From Chlamydiales bacterium (GTDB taxonomy: Bacteria > Chlamydiota > Chlamydiia > Chlamydiales > JAAKFR01), in the NCBI GenBank assembly GCA_024233495.1, contig JACKPM010000002.1, forward strand, positions 21,377 to 85,376: a DNA stretch of 64,000 nt. The letters run 5' to 3'. Position 1 is the stretch's first letter. Each line of letters opens with the position of its first letter. Shown one piece after another: positions 41,991-52,900 of this stretch. Both the position numbers and the translations under genes were made by a program. The notes under the pieces were generated by a model. That model was not told where the DNA came from. It saw only the letters and a program-made list of their open reading frames with translations, and did no database searches.

Positions 41991-43098
41991 GGAACACTCT
42001 TGAAGAAATCGCTTAAATTAAACAGACTCCTTGAATCAAAAAAACTTAAGGAGTCTTGAGATGTATAAGCATAACTGGAAGAGTTACAACAAACAGCTCG
42101 TTCAAAGGGGAAGCATTACTTTTCTGGTAGACCCAAAAATCTTTGGAGTCAGAAAGGCTAAGAGGATGGGGAGACCTATGCTCTTCTCGGACTCTTTGAT
42201 TCTTATGTTGATGATGACAAAGGTTCATCACCGTTTGCCTTACAGATCTCTACAGGGATTTGCTGAGTCTATGCTTAAGATTGCTAAGATCAAACACTAT
42301 GTCCCTACATACTCTGCGATCTGTAAGAGGGCAAAGTCCAAAGCTTAGTGCCAAGAGACCAACTGTCATTGCCATCGACTCTTCTGGGGTAAAAGTCTAT
42401 GGAGAGGGAGAGTGGAAGGTCAAAATTCATGGACAGTCAAAAAGACGAAAGTGGCTGAAGGTCCACATCGCGATGGATCCACAAATCTTAGAAGTGACAA
42501 CAGCATCGTCTTGTGCAGATTCAAGGGCAGCCGAGCCACTAGTGGCTCGGCTGCCCAGCTCCGTACAAGATGTCTTAGCGGAGGTCATCAGTTCAGGCAA
42601 TGCATCAAAGACAAGGGGGCTACACCCAAAATTCCTCCCCCTAAAAATGGGCGTATCCGCAATAGAGATCCTATGAGAGATGATGCCATTCGAATCATAC
42701 GAGGCCTTGGGGGAGACAAAAAAGCAAGGTCTCTATGGGGCAAACTTACGGGGTACAGTAAACGCGCTCTTGTTGAGTCTACCTTCTCTAGAATGAGGAG
42801 ACTCTTTGGAGATAGACTCTTCTCTAAACGCTTTGATACCCAAAAAGTAGAAGTCACTCTCCGCTGCTTCTTGTTGAATAAGTTCCTAAAGCTGGGTAAC
42901 AAGAACTTTTGGGCGACTTCCGACGAGATCCGTAGTGTCCCCCGACGGTTTGTGGCAACGACTAGGCATCGAGAAGGTTGTCGAACCCTCCAAGCATTAG
43001 CATGGGCTGTATAGGTAACACGCCGAGTGAGAGATCATGCGAGTGAGGATAAAATCAGCCAAAAGACTTCCAGAGATTGACTTATTCAACAATGTCCC
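41991..43098 (+). mobile_element. IS5-family (IS903-group-like) insertion sequence, about 1.1 kb, degenerate
   Basis: The 20-bp imperfect TIRs GGAACACTCTTGAAGAAATC (left) and GGGACATTGTTGAATAAGTC (right, rc) match 15/20. They resemble the IS903 IR GGCTTTGTTGAATAAATC (recollection). It encloses the broken transposase. The flanking 9-mers differ (AAAACTTAC vs AAAAATCCC), so there is no target duplication. Confidence 0.65.
42061..43014 (+). pseudogene. IS5/IS903-type DDE transposase, split over two frames by two frameshifts
   Basis: Frame 1 (42061-42348) reads MYKHNWKSYNKQLVQRGSITF. Frame 2 (to about 42590) reads IAIDSSGVKVYGEGEWKVKIHG..WLKVHIAMD. The sequence then returns to frame 1: KGATPKIPPPKN..GYSKRALVESTFSRMRRLFG (the YxxRxxxE signature). 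Confidence 0.7.
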
Positions 43099-43585
43099 AA
43101 AAATCCCACTGCATATCGTGATCCCTTAAGCCACTATCTGCGCGCCTTTTTTGTGAACGAATAAAGTGCTGAAACTTCATCGGGTCGCGTACAAAGAAAA
43201 CTGGCGTGTTGTTGCCCACCATGTCATAGTTGCCCTTGCGCGTGTAAAACTTTAGGGCAAAGCCTCTTGGATCACGCCATGTATCAGGACTCCCCTGTTC
43301 ACCAGCTACTGTGGAAAAACGCACCAGGGTTTCACACTTTTCTTTGGGTTGAAAGAGGGCTGCTTTGGTATAGGCGCTCACATCATGTGTCACCTCAAAG
43401 TGACCAAAAGCACCACCACCCTTTGCATGTGGTTGACGTTCAGGAATTTTTTCTCGATTAAAATTTGCCATCTGCTCGATCAAATAGTGATCGTGCAATA
43501 AGATGGGGCCATCTGGCCCAACGCTTAAAGAGTGTTCATCACTTGAAACTGGGATCCCAGCATCATTTGTTGTGAAATCAGACAA
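43099..43585 (-). pseudogene. catalase, N-terminal ~160 codons only (truncated at the IS end)
   Basis: Catalase blocks are present: [55 protein letters not shown]. The reading frame then runs into the IS terminus and stops (..DFWDIVE*). About two thirds of a normal catalase is missing. Confidence 0.8.
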
Positions 43586-43588
43586 GGG

Positions 43589-43954
43589 CTACCTATCGAG
43601 TTCAGCCACTTCCATGCAAGGTTCTAAGCGGAAAGCGATCTCCTTTTTCTTCCCGTTCATATTGAGTTCAATCACTGAGGAGAGACGGGTCAGCAATAAG
43701 TTGAACGGCACCTTCACACACTTCGAGCCAATGTCAATTGCAACAGCACTTTTCCCAAGAATCTCTTGAGAATCATGTATTTGGCGACAAAGCGCCTCAA
43801 AAAGAGCGAGGTGATGCAGCAAAGAAGTATCATCAAATTGATACTTCTTATGGCAGTGGGAGCAAGAAACCGTATTTTCTTGATCTAAAACACTGAACCG
43901 CACAGGATTGCCGCATTCTTCGCATTCGAATTGTAATTTGTGACCTTGTTCCAT
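43589..43954 (-). CDS. zinc-ribbon hypothetical protein
   Basis: CEECGN..(13 aa)..CSHCHK, a four-Cys ribbon at the N-terminus. 121 aa. Ends 3 nt before the catalase start. Confidence 0.5.
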   Translation of the reverse strand: MEQGHKLQFECEECGNPVRFSVLDQENTVSCSHCHKKYQFDDTSLLHHLALFEALCRQIHDSQEILGKSAVAIDIGSKCVKVPFNLLLTRLSSVIELNMNGKKKEIAFRLEPCMEVAELDR

Positions 43955-44085
43955 AAAGGAGCGAGTCTAGCACCTCCTCTATTCCTCTTCAAGGGGGTTT
44001 TTGATAGATAAAAAAATCTTTTATATGGTATAAATAACAGAAGTTGATTAAAATCAAACCTAACTATTTCCAAAGGTCTTTATCT

Positions 44086-45057
44086 ATGAAAAGCAAACTC
44101 GATCAACTAAAGAAGCTAACAACAGTTGTATGCGATACAGGGGACATCAATAGTATTAAGCAGTATGCACCTACTGATGCAACAACTAACCCTTCTTTAA
44201 TTTATCAAGCAGCGCAAGATAAGGCGTATCATCACCTTATTGACGATGCCATTCAATATGGCTTAAAAAAGGGCGAAACAGAAGAACATCGCATGCATTG
44301 CATTATGGATAAGCTCTTTGTGAACTTTGGTATTGAGATTTTGAAGATTATTCCGGGCCGAGTTTCTACTGAGGTAGATGCGCGTCTCTCATTTGATCTA
44401 GAGAAGACCTTGCACAAGGCAACAACTCTTATTGGCCTATATGAGGCAGCTGGGATTGACCGCAAGCGTGTTCTTATCAAGATTGCCTCTACGTGGGAAG
44501 GGGCTCAGGCTGCGAAAATCTTAGAAAAAGAGGGCATTCACTGCAACATGACGCTCATGTTTTGCTTGGCTCAGGCGGCTGCTTGTGCTGAGGCAGGAGC
44601 GACTCTAATCTCTCCTTTTGTTGGCCGCATTTTGGACTGGTACAAATCGGCTGAAAAGGTGGATGGCTATCCTCCTGAAAAGGACCCAGGCGTACTCTCT
44701 GTGACAGATATCTTTAACTACTACAAGAAGTTTGGATATAAAACACAGATTATGGGAGCTTCATTCCGCGATGTTGATGAAATTTTACAACTAGCTGGTT
44801 GTGACCTTCTTACGATTGCACCGAAGTTTCTGAAGACACTTCAAGAGGATTCGGGCAAAGTGGATCAGAAGCTCTTTATGGACAAGGCAAAACACGACCG
44901 TGAGAAGAAGTGGCACATAACACAAGAGGAGTTTCGCTTTGAGCTAAACGAAAATGCGATGGCGACTGAGAAGCTTGCAGAGGGAATCCGCAAGTTTGCA
45001 GTGGACACGCGTAAGCTTGAATCTGAAATCCTTACCCGCATGAGTGCAAAAGCGTAA
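44086..45057 (+). CDS. tal: transaldolase (class I)
   Basis: Motifs VVCDTGD, DATTNPSL, GRVSTEVDARLSFD, KIASTWEG (Schiff-base Lys region) and ISPFVGRILDW. The start is trimmed to MKSKLDQL. Confidence 0.9.
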   Translation: MKSKLDQLKKLTTVVCDTGDINSIKQYAPTDATTNPSLIYQAAQDKAYHHLIDDAIQYGLKKGETEEHRMHCIMDKLFVNFGIEILKIIPGRVSTEVDARLSFDLEKTLHKATTLIGLYEAAGIDRKRVLIKIASTWEGAQAAKILEKEGIHCNMTLMFCLAQAAACAEAGATLISPFVGRILDWYKSAEKVDGYPPEKDPGVLSVTDIFNYYKKFGYKTQIMGASFRDVDEILQLAGCDLLTIAPKFLKTLQEDSGKVDQKLFMDKAKHDREKKWHITQEEFRFELNENAMATEKLAEGIRKFAVDTRKLESEILTRMSAKA

Positions 45058-45087
45058 GGCATTGCTTCTCACAAGTCTTTTTGCAAC

Positions 45088-45186
45088 ATGGAGCAGGGAA
45101 TCCGGAAGTTTGCAGTGAATACGCACAAGCTTAAATATGAAAGTGTATTGCTTCTTGGGTCTCCCTGTTATAGTCAAATAGGTTGA
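45088..45186 (+). pseudogene. relic duplicate of the transaldolase 3' end, reading into MITE-B
   Basis: 45091-45143 aligns to 44977-45030 at roughly 85 percent identity by eye (GGAATCCG(C/G)AAGTTTGCAGTG(G/A)A(C/T)ACGC..AAGCTT.AAT.TGAAA). Translation is MEQGIRKFAVNTHKLKYES..., ending YSQIG* inside the MITE. Confidence 0.6.
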
Positions 45187-45330
45187 AAATTTTACAAATT
45201 CATTGCAGATGGCAAAGCTAAAGTATGCGCGGAGTTCGATTTAGACCATTTATGGTCTATGAGAACGAGCGCAATCTTTGCTGAAGCCAAATAGTATGAA
45301 TTTGTAAAATTTTCAACCTATTTGACTATA
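45169..45330. mobile_element. MITE-B copy 3 (162 bp)
   Basis: The TIRs are TATAGTCAAATAGGTTGAAAATTTTACAAAT / rc, with compensating G-to-A/C-to-T changes in both arms relative to copies 1 and 2. Confidence 0.85.
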
Positions 45331-45351
45331 CATGGAGCAAAGCCCCTATAA

Positions 45352-45738
45352 TCAATCTATGAATTCACAGGTCGTGAATTTATCCAGAGGATAGCCAAGA
45401 AATTTTTCTGCAAAAATGGGTTTCACTTCTGCAGCCACATTAGCTCCGCCACACTTATGCAAAAGAGTGTCAATATTTCCGTGTTGATTGCATTGCTGTA
45501 CATGAATCGCACTGGTATTCAGAGAACTTTTTCCACCAGATTCTGGGTCATCAAAGCTTCTTGGCTTATTTATCTCTGCTAACTTTTTTGCACCGCAAGC
45601 AGAAGAGCAAAAGTGTTGTGTCTGATTGATAGCAAAAAAGAGCGCATAGCACCTTCCTTTTACCTCATGCCCGCAAGTAGAGCACGGATGTGACCTCCAC
45701 CTATCGATCTCTTTGTTTGCTATATCCACTACTGACAA
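45352..45738 (-). CDS. small TRASH/zf-FCS-type zinc-finger protein
   Basis: C-x2-C-x21-C-x3-C (CSTCGH...FCSSAC) fits the TRASH consensus. The longest ORF (to 45867) would cross the rpoC terminator and the rpoC 3' end, so the start is trimmed to the TTG at 45738 (GTG at 45729 also possible). The start is uncertain. Confidence 0.4.
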   Translation of the reverse strand: MSVVDIANKEIDRWRSHPCSTCGHEVKGRCYALFFAINQTQHFCSSACGAKKLAEINKPRSFDDPESGGKSSLNTSAIHVQQCNQHGNIDTLLHKCGGANVAAEVKPIFAEKFLGYPLDKFTTCEFID

Positions 45739-45751
45739 TATCTTACCTATA

Positions 45752-45781
45752 TATAAAAAAAGGGGGCAGATGCCCCCTTTT
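45752..45781 (-). terminator. intrinsic terminator after rpoC
   Basis: On the minus strand: TAA, then AAAAGGGGGC-atct-GCCCCCTTT followed by TTTTT. The A/T runs are symmetrical, so it could act in both directions. Confidence 0.7.
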
Positions 45782-48700
45782 TTATGACGCAAAGTCAAAG
45801 ACGAACTCTTCTTCTTCTTTGTCGATAAAGTGTTTGACACGGCTGTGCGTTTCGAAGCCTGTACCACCCGGAATCATGTGCCCCATGATTACATTCTCCT
45901 TGAAGCCAAGGAGGTAGTCGGTCTTCCCTGCGCATGCTGCCTCGGTAAGAACACGCGTTGTATCCTGGAATGATGCAGCCGAGATAAACGACTCAGTTCC
46001 AAGAGAGGCCTTCGTGATCCCGAGAAGCAGTGGAGCTGCTTGCGCTGGCTTGCCACCCTCTTCGAGCGTGCGACGGTTCTCTTCGTAGAACGCTTTTTTG
46101 TTCACCTCTTCGCCGAAGAGCAACGTCGTATCACCTGGGTCAATCACGCGCACTTTCTGCAACATCTGACGCACAATGATCTCAACGTGCTTGTCGTTAA
46201 TGTCTACACCTTGGAAGCGGTACACCTCTTGTACCTCGTTAACGAGATACTTCTGAAGCTCACGCACACCACAGATCTCAAGGATCTCATGGGGAACCAC
46301 AAGACCATCAGTAAGCTGCTGCCCTTTGAGGATAGAGTCTCCTCTTTGAACAATGAGGTGCTTAGTAAGAGGAACAAGGTGCTCCTCTTCCATACCGGTC
46401 GCTTCATTTTTAACTACAACGATGCGCTTACTCTTCTGCACGCCGCGGAAGTCAATCACACCATCAATCTTAGCGATCTCAGCAGCATCTTTCGGCTTAC
46501 GCGCTTCGACAAGCTCAGCCACACGCGGTAGACCACCGGTAATATCCTTGGTCTTGATTGCGCTTCTTGGCAGTCTCGCAAGAGTACGCCCTGCTTTCAC
46601 TTCTTCTTTCTCCGCAACCGAGATAATCGCCCCTGCTGGGATCGCGTATGTACCTACAAGTTCCTTCAGATCTTTGTCTGCGTAGATCGCAATCTGTGGA
46701 TGCAGCTCACCACGGTGCTGCTTCACAATCAACTCGACGAGTCCTGTCTGCTCGTTAGTCTCTTTATCTGTCGAAATTCCCTCTACGAGGTCTTCGTACT
46801 TGATGAATCCTGGACGGTCACAAATGATCGGGATATTGTGCAACTCGATCTCCGCAACTTTATTCCCTTTTTTCACCTTTGCACCATCTTCGAAGAGAAT
46901 CTTCGCACCAACTTCGAGCGGGCTCGACTGAATTGGCTCAATCGACTTGGTAGAAAGAAGTTTCTTATAGTCTTCAAGCGTACGTCCTTCATCACGCACA
47001 AGGTGAAGTGCTCCATTCTTGTTAAGCACGAGGTGGTTGCCCTCTTCATCTTGCACAGTACGCAAGTCAAGGTAGACAACAACGCCATCTGCATCTGCCT
47101 CTACTTCTGGAGAGAAGCTGGCAGAGGCGATACCTCCAAGGTGGAACGTTCTCATCGTGAGCTGTGTTCCAGGTTCACCAATTGACTGAGCAGCGATCGT
47201 TCCAACAGATTCACCAAGACCCACTTTGCGACCGTTGGCAAGGTTGATGCCGTAGCACATAGCACAGATGCCGCGCTTGCTCTCACAAGTGAGTGCTGAG
47301 CGGATGCGCACAGTCTCAATACCAGCATCATCGATCGCTTCAGCTTGCAAAATCGTCAAGATGTCACCAGCAGAGGCAAGCTTTTTCTTGCTGTCTCCTG
47401 GCTGGTAGATATCATCTGCCACTGTACGACCAAAGATACGATCTTTAAGTGGCAAGAGCTCCTCAGTCCCTTGACGAATCGCAGAGACATCAATGCCGTT
47501 TAGCGTGCCACAATCATCTTCTGTGACAATCACATCTTGCGCAACATCGACAAGACGACGAGTCAAGTAACCAGAGTCCGCTGTTTTCAAGGCGGTGTCT
47601 GAAAGACCTTTACGCGCACCGTGTGAGGAGATCGAGTACTCCAATACAGTCAAACCTTCACGGAAGTTCGATGTAATTGGAGATTCAATAATCTCACCTG
47701 TAGGCTTAGCCATCAAACCACGAAGCGCTCCTAACTGCTTGAGCTGAGATTTGTTTCCTCGTGCTCCAGAGTCAATCATCAAGAATAGCGGGTTGTGCTG
47801 CGCATTCGAGACTTTTGCGACCTCACGAACAATCTCTTCAGAAAGGTTATCTGAGACTTCAGTCCAAATACTAATGATCTTAGACTTACGCTCACCATCA
47901 GTGATAATCCCGTCTTCATACTGCTTCTTCACAAGCGCCACTCGCTCATGCGCTCGGCGTAGTGTTTCCACTTTCTCTTCTGGGATCTTCACATCCTTAA
48001 TTCCCATCGAAACCGCAGCTTTTGTCGCCTGACTAAAGCCGAGGTCCTTCAAGTCATCAAGGAATTTCACTGTTGCCTCTAGCCCTACTTTCTTGTAGCA
48101 CTCAAGGATCAAAGCACTCATGCGCTTACTTGGCATGCTGTAGTTTTGGAAACCAAGCTGCTTCGGCACAATTGTATTAAAAATTACACGTCCTGGAGTC
48201 GTCTCAATGATTCCACCCTCAACGCGCAACTTAATCTTCTCATGGATGTGCAAACCGCGACCCACTTGGTCAAGACGATCAAGCTTGTTATCCAACTCCT
48301 GGAACTTCACTTCAGAATCGGCAGCAGCAAGGGCCAAAAGCACCTCGTTGGTGTCGCGAAAGACTTTTGTCTTCTCTGGGAAGTAGACGGGATCCGCCAT
48401 CAAGTAGTAAAGACCGAGCGTCATATCTTTGGAAGGCGTCGCAACCGGTTTTCCAGATGAAGGTAAGAAGATGTTATCAGGTGCCATCATCAACACTTTT
48501 GTCTCAAGCTGCGCCTCTAAAGAGAGAGGAACGTGAACCGCCATTTGGTCACCGTCAAAGTCAGCGTTGAATGCCGCGCAGACAAGTGGGTGGATACGGA
48601 TCGCTTTACCCTCAATCAGAACAGGTTCAAAAGCTTGGATACCTAAGCGGTGAAGCGTAGGTGCTCGGTTGAGCATCACAGGGTGACCTTTAATGATCTC

Positions 48701-49927
48701 CTCAAGCACATCCCAAACCTCAGCATCGCCTCGCTGAATCATCTTCTTTGCAGAACGAATTGTGTAGACGTGCCCCAAATCTTTCAATCGCTTCACAATG
48801 AACGGCTCAAAAAGCTCAAGCGCCATCTCTTTTGGAAGACCACACTGATTGAACTTCAGCTCCGGGCCTACAATAATGACCGAACGGCCAGAGTAGTCCA
48901 CGCGTTTACCTAGAAGGTTTTGACGGAAACGTCCGTTTTTCCCTTTCAACATCTCTGAAAGAGACTTAAGCGGTCTATTTCCAGCGCCCATCACTGGGTG
49001 GCCATGCCTTCCGTTGTCAAAGAGTGCGTCAACAGCCTCTTGCAACATGCGCTTCTCGTTGCGTACAATCACATCAGGCGTCTTGAGACGCAAGATTGCT
49101 TTAAGACGATTGTTTCTGTTGATCACACGTCTGTAGAGGTCATTCAAGTCAGAAGTCGCAAAGCGACCTCCATCAAGAGGAACAAGAGGACGGAGATCAG
49201 GTGGAATGACTGGAACAGACCCCATCACCATCCAATCTGGCTGGTTAGTGGAGCTTACAAATCCCTCTACGATCTTCAAACGCTTCGCTAACTTCATGCG
49301 CGCTTGCATTGATTTTGTACGACGCAGCTTATCTTTCAGCTCAACAAGAAGAGTTGTGAGATCTTCTGTGCGGAGAAGTTCAGCAATCGCTTCACCTCCC
49401 ATCATCGCTGTAAAGGAGTCTCTTCCCCACTTCTCGATTGCTTCACGATACTCAGTATCATTAAGCCTTTGCTTTTTCTCAAGCTCGGTGCTACCTGGAT
49501 CGGTTACAATGTACTCTTCATAGTAGATGACGCGCTCGAGGTCAGTTGCTGACATGCCTAGAACGTTTCCGATGCGTGAAGGCATCGTCTTGAAGAACCA
49601 AATGTGCACAACAGGAACCGCTAGCTCAATGTGCGCCATGCGCTCTCTTCTTACCTTAGAAAGCGTCACCTCGACACCGCAGCGGTCGCAAACAATGCCC
49701 TTGTGTTTGATTTTCTTGTACTTTCCGCAAGCACACTCCCAATCCTTTGTAGGGCCGAAAATCTTTTCACAGAAAAGACCACCCTTCTCAGGCTTGAATG
49801 TGCGGTAGTTGATCGTTTCAGGCTTCTTGATCTCACCACGTGACCATTTATCTTTGATCACAGCATCGGAAGCGATCCCGATGTTTAGCTTATCAAATAC
49901 TCCCTCTTGAAGATCTTCTTCAAACAT
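45782..49927 (-). CDS. rpoC: DNA-directed RNA polymerase subunit beta'
   Basis: 1381 aa with the [12 protein letters not shown] catalytic motif, zinc-binding Cys clusters and full-length similarity. Confidence 0.98.
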   Translation of the reverse strand: MFEEDLQEGVFDKLNIGIASDAVIKDKWSRGEIKKPETINYRTFKPEKGGLFCEKIFGPTKDWECACGKYKKIKHKGIVCDRCGVEVTLSKVRRERMAHIELAVPVVHIWFFKTMPSRIGNVLGMSATDLERVIYYEEYIVTDPGSTELEKKQRLNDTEYREAIEKWGRDSFTAMMGGEAIAELLRTEDLTTLLVELKDKLRRTKSMQARMKLAKRLKIVEGFVSSTNQPDWMVMGSVPVIPPDLRPLVPLDGGRFATSDLNDLYRRVINRNNRLKAILRLKTPDVIVRNEKRMLQEAVDALFDNGRHGHPVMGAGNRPLKSLSEMLKGKNGRFRQNLLGKRVDYSGRSVIIVGPELKFNQCGLPKEMALELFEPFIVKRLKDLGHVYTIRSAKKMIQRGDAEVWDVLEEIIKGHPVMLNRAPTLHRLGIQAFEPVLIEGKAIRIHPLVCAAFNADFDGDQMAVHVPLSLEAQLETKVLMMAPDNIFLPSSGKPVATPSKDMTLGLYYLMADPVYFPEKTKVFRDTNEVLLALAAADSEVKFQELDNKLDRLDQVGRGLHIHEKIKLRVEGGIIETTPGRVIFNTIVPKQLGFQNYSMPSKRMSALILECYKKVGLEATVKFLDDLKDLGFSQATKAAVSMGIKDVKIPEEKVETLRRAHERVALVKKQYEDGIITDGERKSKIISIWTEVSDNLSEEIVREVAKVSNAQHNPLFLMIDSGARGNKSQLKQLGALRGLMAKPTGEIIESPITSNFREGLTVLEYSISSHGARKGLSDTALKTADSGYLTRRLVDVAQDVIVTEDDCGTLNGIDVSAIRQGTEELLPLKDRIFGRTVADDIYQPGDSKKKLASAGDILTILQAEAIDDAGIETVRIRSALTCESKRGICAMCYGINLANGRKVGLGESVGTIAAQSIGEPGTQLTMRTFHLGGIASASFSPEVEADADGVVVYLDLRTVQDEEGNHLVLNKNGALHLVRDEGRTLEDYKKLLSTKSIEPIQSSPLEVGAKILFEDGAKVKKGNKVAEIELHNIPIICDRPGFIKYEDLVEGISTDKETNEQTGLVELIVKQHRGELHPQIAIYADKDLKELVGTYAIPAGAIISVAEKEEVKAGRTLARLPRSAIKTKDITGGLPRVAELVEARKPKDAAEIAKIDGVIDFRGVQKSKRIVVVKNEATGMEEEHLVPLTKHLIVQRGDSILKGQQLTDGLVVPHEILEICGVRELQKYLVNEVQEVYRFQGVDINDKHVEIIVRQMLQKVRVIDPGDTTLLFGEEVNKKAFYEENRRTLEEGGKPAQAAPLLLGITKASLGTESFISAASFQDTTRVLTEAACAGKTDYLLGFKENVIMGHMIPGGTGFETHSRVKHFIDKEEEEFVFDFAS

Positions 49928-49943
49928 GCAAATGCTCCGTAAA

Positions 49944-52900
49944 TTATTCTTCCTCTACTACCAGCGGCCGTACATCTAGCCCCAATCCCTGCATCTCTTT
50001 TATCAAGACATTGAAGGATTCTGGTGTTCCCGTCTTCAATAGGTTTTCCCCTTTTACGATTGACTCGTAAATACGGGTTCTTCCTTGGACGTCATCTGAC
50101 TTGACGGTCAAGATCTCTTGCAACACGTGCGCCGCACCATAAGCTTCAAGCGCCCATACTTCCATCTCACCGAAGCGCTGACCACCCATTTGAGCTTTAC
50201 CGCCGAGTGGCTGCTGTGTGACAAGTGAGTAAGGGCCGATTGAGCGTGCGTGAATCTTGTCAGCAACAAGGTGAGAGAGCTTCAACATATAGATGTAGCC
50301 AATCACCGCGCGGCTGTCAAAACGCTCTCCTGTACGGCCGTCGTAGAGCCACGACTTACCATCATCAGGAAGGTTTTGCTCACGCATCATCTCCCAAATG
50401 CGCTCTTCTGGGAAGCCTTCGAAGACTGGCGTCTTACAGTAGATGCCCGCTTTCTTCGCTGCAAAGCCGAGGTGGGTCTCCAAAACCTGACCCATGTTCA
50501 TCCGGCTTGGTACCCCGAGAGGGTTGAGGATGATTTCAATTGTTTGCCCAGTTGGCATGTATGGCATATCGGCTTCAGGCACGATCTTAGAGACCACCCC
50601 TTTGTTACCATGCCGTCCTGCCATCTTGTCACCGACTTGCAGCTTACGCTTTGAAGCAACATACACCTTTACCTGACGAATCACACCAGGATCAAGGTCT
50701 GTATCACCCTTGCGGAGCTGCTCGAGTTCCATCTTGTAGTCTTGCTCAAGCTTCTGGAGCTGAGTTTCGCTATCACGCAAGATAGTACGTAGAAGGTCAT
50801 AGTTGTCGTTGTGCTCCATGATGAGATCAATTGGATCTTCATTTTCAAGCACCTCGATAAGCTCTTGCGTGAAGAGAGCTCCTTTTGGCACTAGCTCCTC
50901 AGCTGTACGACGATGAATAATCGGCGCCGCAGCTTTGTCGTTGAGCAAAAGAGCGCCCAACTTCTCATGCTTCTCCATCTTCAGACGTGTCTGCTTTAGC
51001 TTGTACTCTTTTTGCAGATCTTTCAGGTGAGAAGCCTCTTCAACAAGCTCATCATCAGTCTTGGAGAGACGATCACGACGGCTAAACACCTTCACATCCA
51101 TTACCACCCCTTCCGTTCCTGGAGGGACAGTCAAGGAGGCGTCTTTTACATCAGCAGCCTTCTCACCAAAGATCGCTCTTAAGAGACGCTCTTCAGGAGC
51201 AAGCTCTGTCTCAGACTTCGGTGTAATCTTCCCAACCAAGATATCGCCTGGCTTCACCTCAGCACCGATGCGGATGATGCCATCCTCACCGAGGTTGAGA
51301 AGTGCCTCTTCGCTCACATTAGGAATATCGCGCGTGATTTCTTCTTTTCCAAGTTTTGTATCACGAGCAGTCAACTCAAATTCTTCGATATAAATAGATG
51401 TGTACGTGTCCTCACGAATCAACTTCTCAGAGATGATGATCGCATCCTCGTAGTTGTATCCAAACCACGGCATGAAGGCAACAAGCACATTCTTTCCAAG
51501 GGCGATCTCACCTTTGTCTGTCGCTGGACCATCGGCAATCACATCACCAGCAATCACCGTGTCTTTCACATTGACAAGAGGAACTTGGTTGATTGATGTG
51601 CCCGCATTTGAACGCATGAATTTCTTCAACTCATACGTGCGCTTCTCCATCAAGTTTTTCTTTGATGCAATGACAATTTTGTTTCCATCTACATAGTCTA
51701 CAACACCGTCTTCTTCAGCGATGATCACAGCACCTGAGTCGCGCGCTGCTCTCGCTTCTAGTCCTGTTCCTACAAGAGGAGCTTCAGGGATAAGGAGAGG
51801 CACCGCTTGTCTCTGCATGTTTGAGCCCATCAGAGCGCGGTTCGCATCGTCGTGTTCCAAGAAGGGAATCAAACCAGTCACAATTGAGACGAGCTGCTTT
51901 GGCGACACATCCATGTGCGTCACTTTTTCAGTCTCAATCTCCAACGCCTCCCCTTCAAAACGAGCCCAACAAATAGGCTCTAAGAACATGTTGTTCTCAT
52001 CTAAAGGAGCGGAAGCCTGTGCAATCACACAGTCCTCTTCCATGTCAGCTGTCATGTACTCGATCTCATCGGTTACGATGCCGTTGTTTACCTTGCGGTA
52101 TGGCGTCTCAATGAAACCAAATTCGTTGATCTTTGCAAAAGAGGATAAAGAGGTGATCAAACCAATGTTCGGTCCCTCAGGTGTCTCAATTGGGCAAATA
52201 CGACCGTAATGACTTGCATGCACGTCACGCACTTCAAAGCCTGCACGCTCACGGTTCAAGCCACCAGGCCCCAAGCTTGAAAGACGACGTTTATGCGTCA
52301 ACTCTGCAACTGGGTTTGTCTGATCCATGAACTGAGAGAGCTGTGAACGGCCGAAGAAATCCTTCAACACACCTGCCAAGCCCTTTGCGGAAATAATCTT
52401 TCCAGGAGTCAATGTGTCAGAAGAGAAGTCGAAAAGATTCATCCGCTCACGGATGATTTTCTCCATTCTTGCTAACCCAACGCGACACTGGTTTTGAATC
52501 AATTCACCTACTGAGCGCACGCGGCGGTTGCCCAAGTGATCAATATCATCAATTGAAGCACCTTTCTCGCCCATCTTAAGAGCAATCAAGTACTTCAAGG
52601 CACCGATGATGTCCTCTTTACGTAGTGTAACAGTAGAAAGCGTCTCATCATCGATAGAGAAGCCAAGCTTTCTGTTCAACTTGTAACGTCCTACACGTCC
52701 CAGATTGTACCGCTTAGGATCAAAGAAAAGACGCATAATCACAGAGCGAGCATTTGAAAGTGTTGCTGGCTCACCTGGACGAATCTTGCGATAAAAGTCC
52801 TTCAAGGCTGCTTCATAAGAGTCTGTTGGATCCTTCGCCAACATCTTGATTATCGGGTGGTTTTCATCAGCGTCAGTCGCAATTGAAAGCTCTTTGATAC

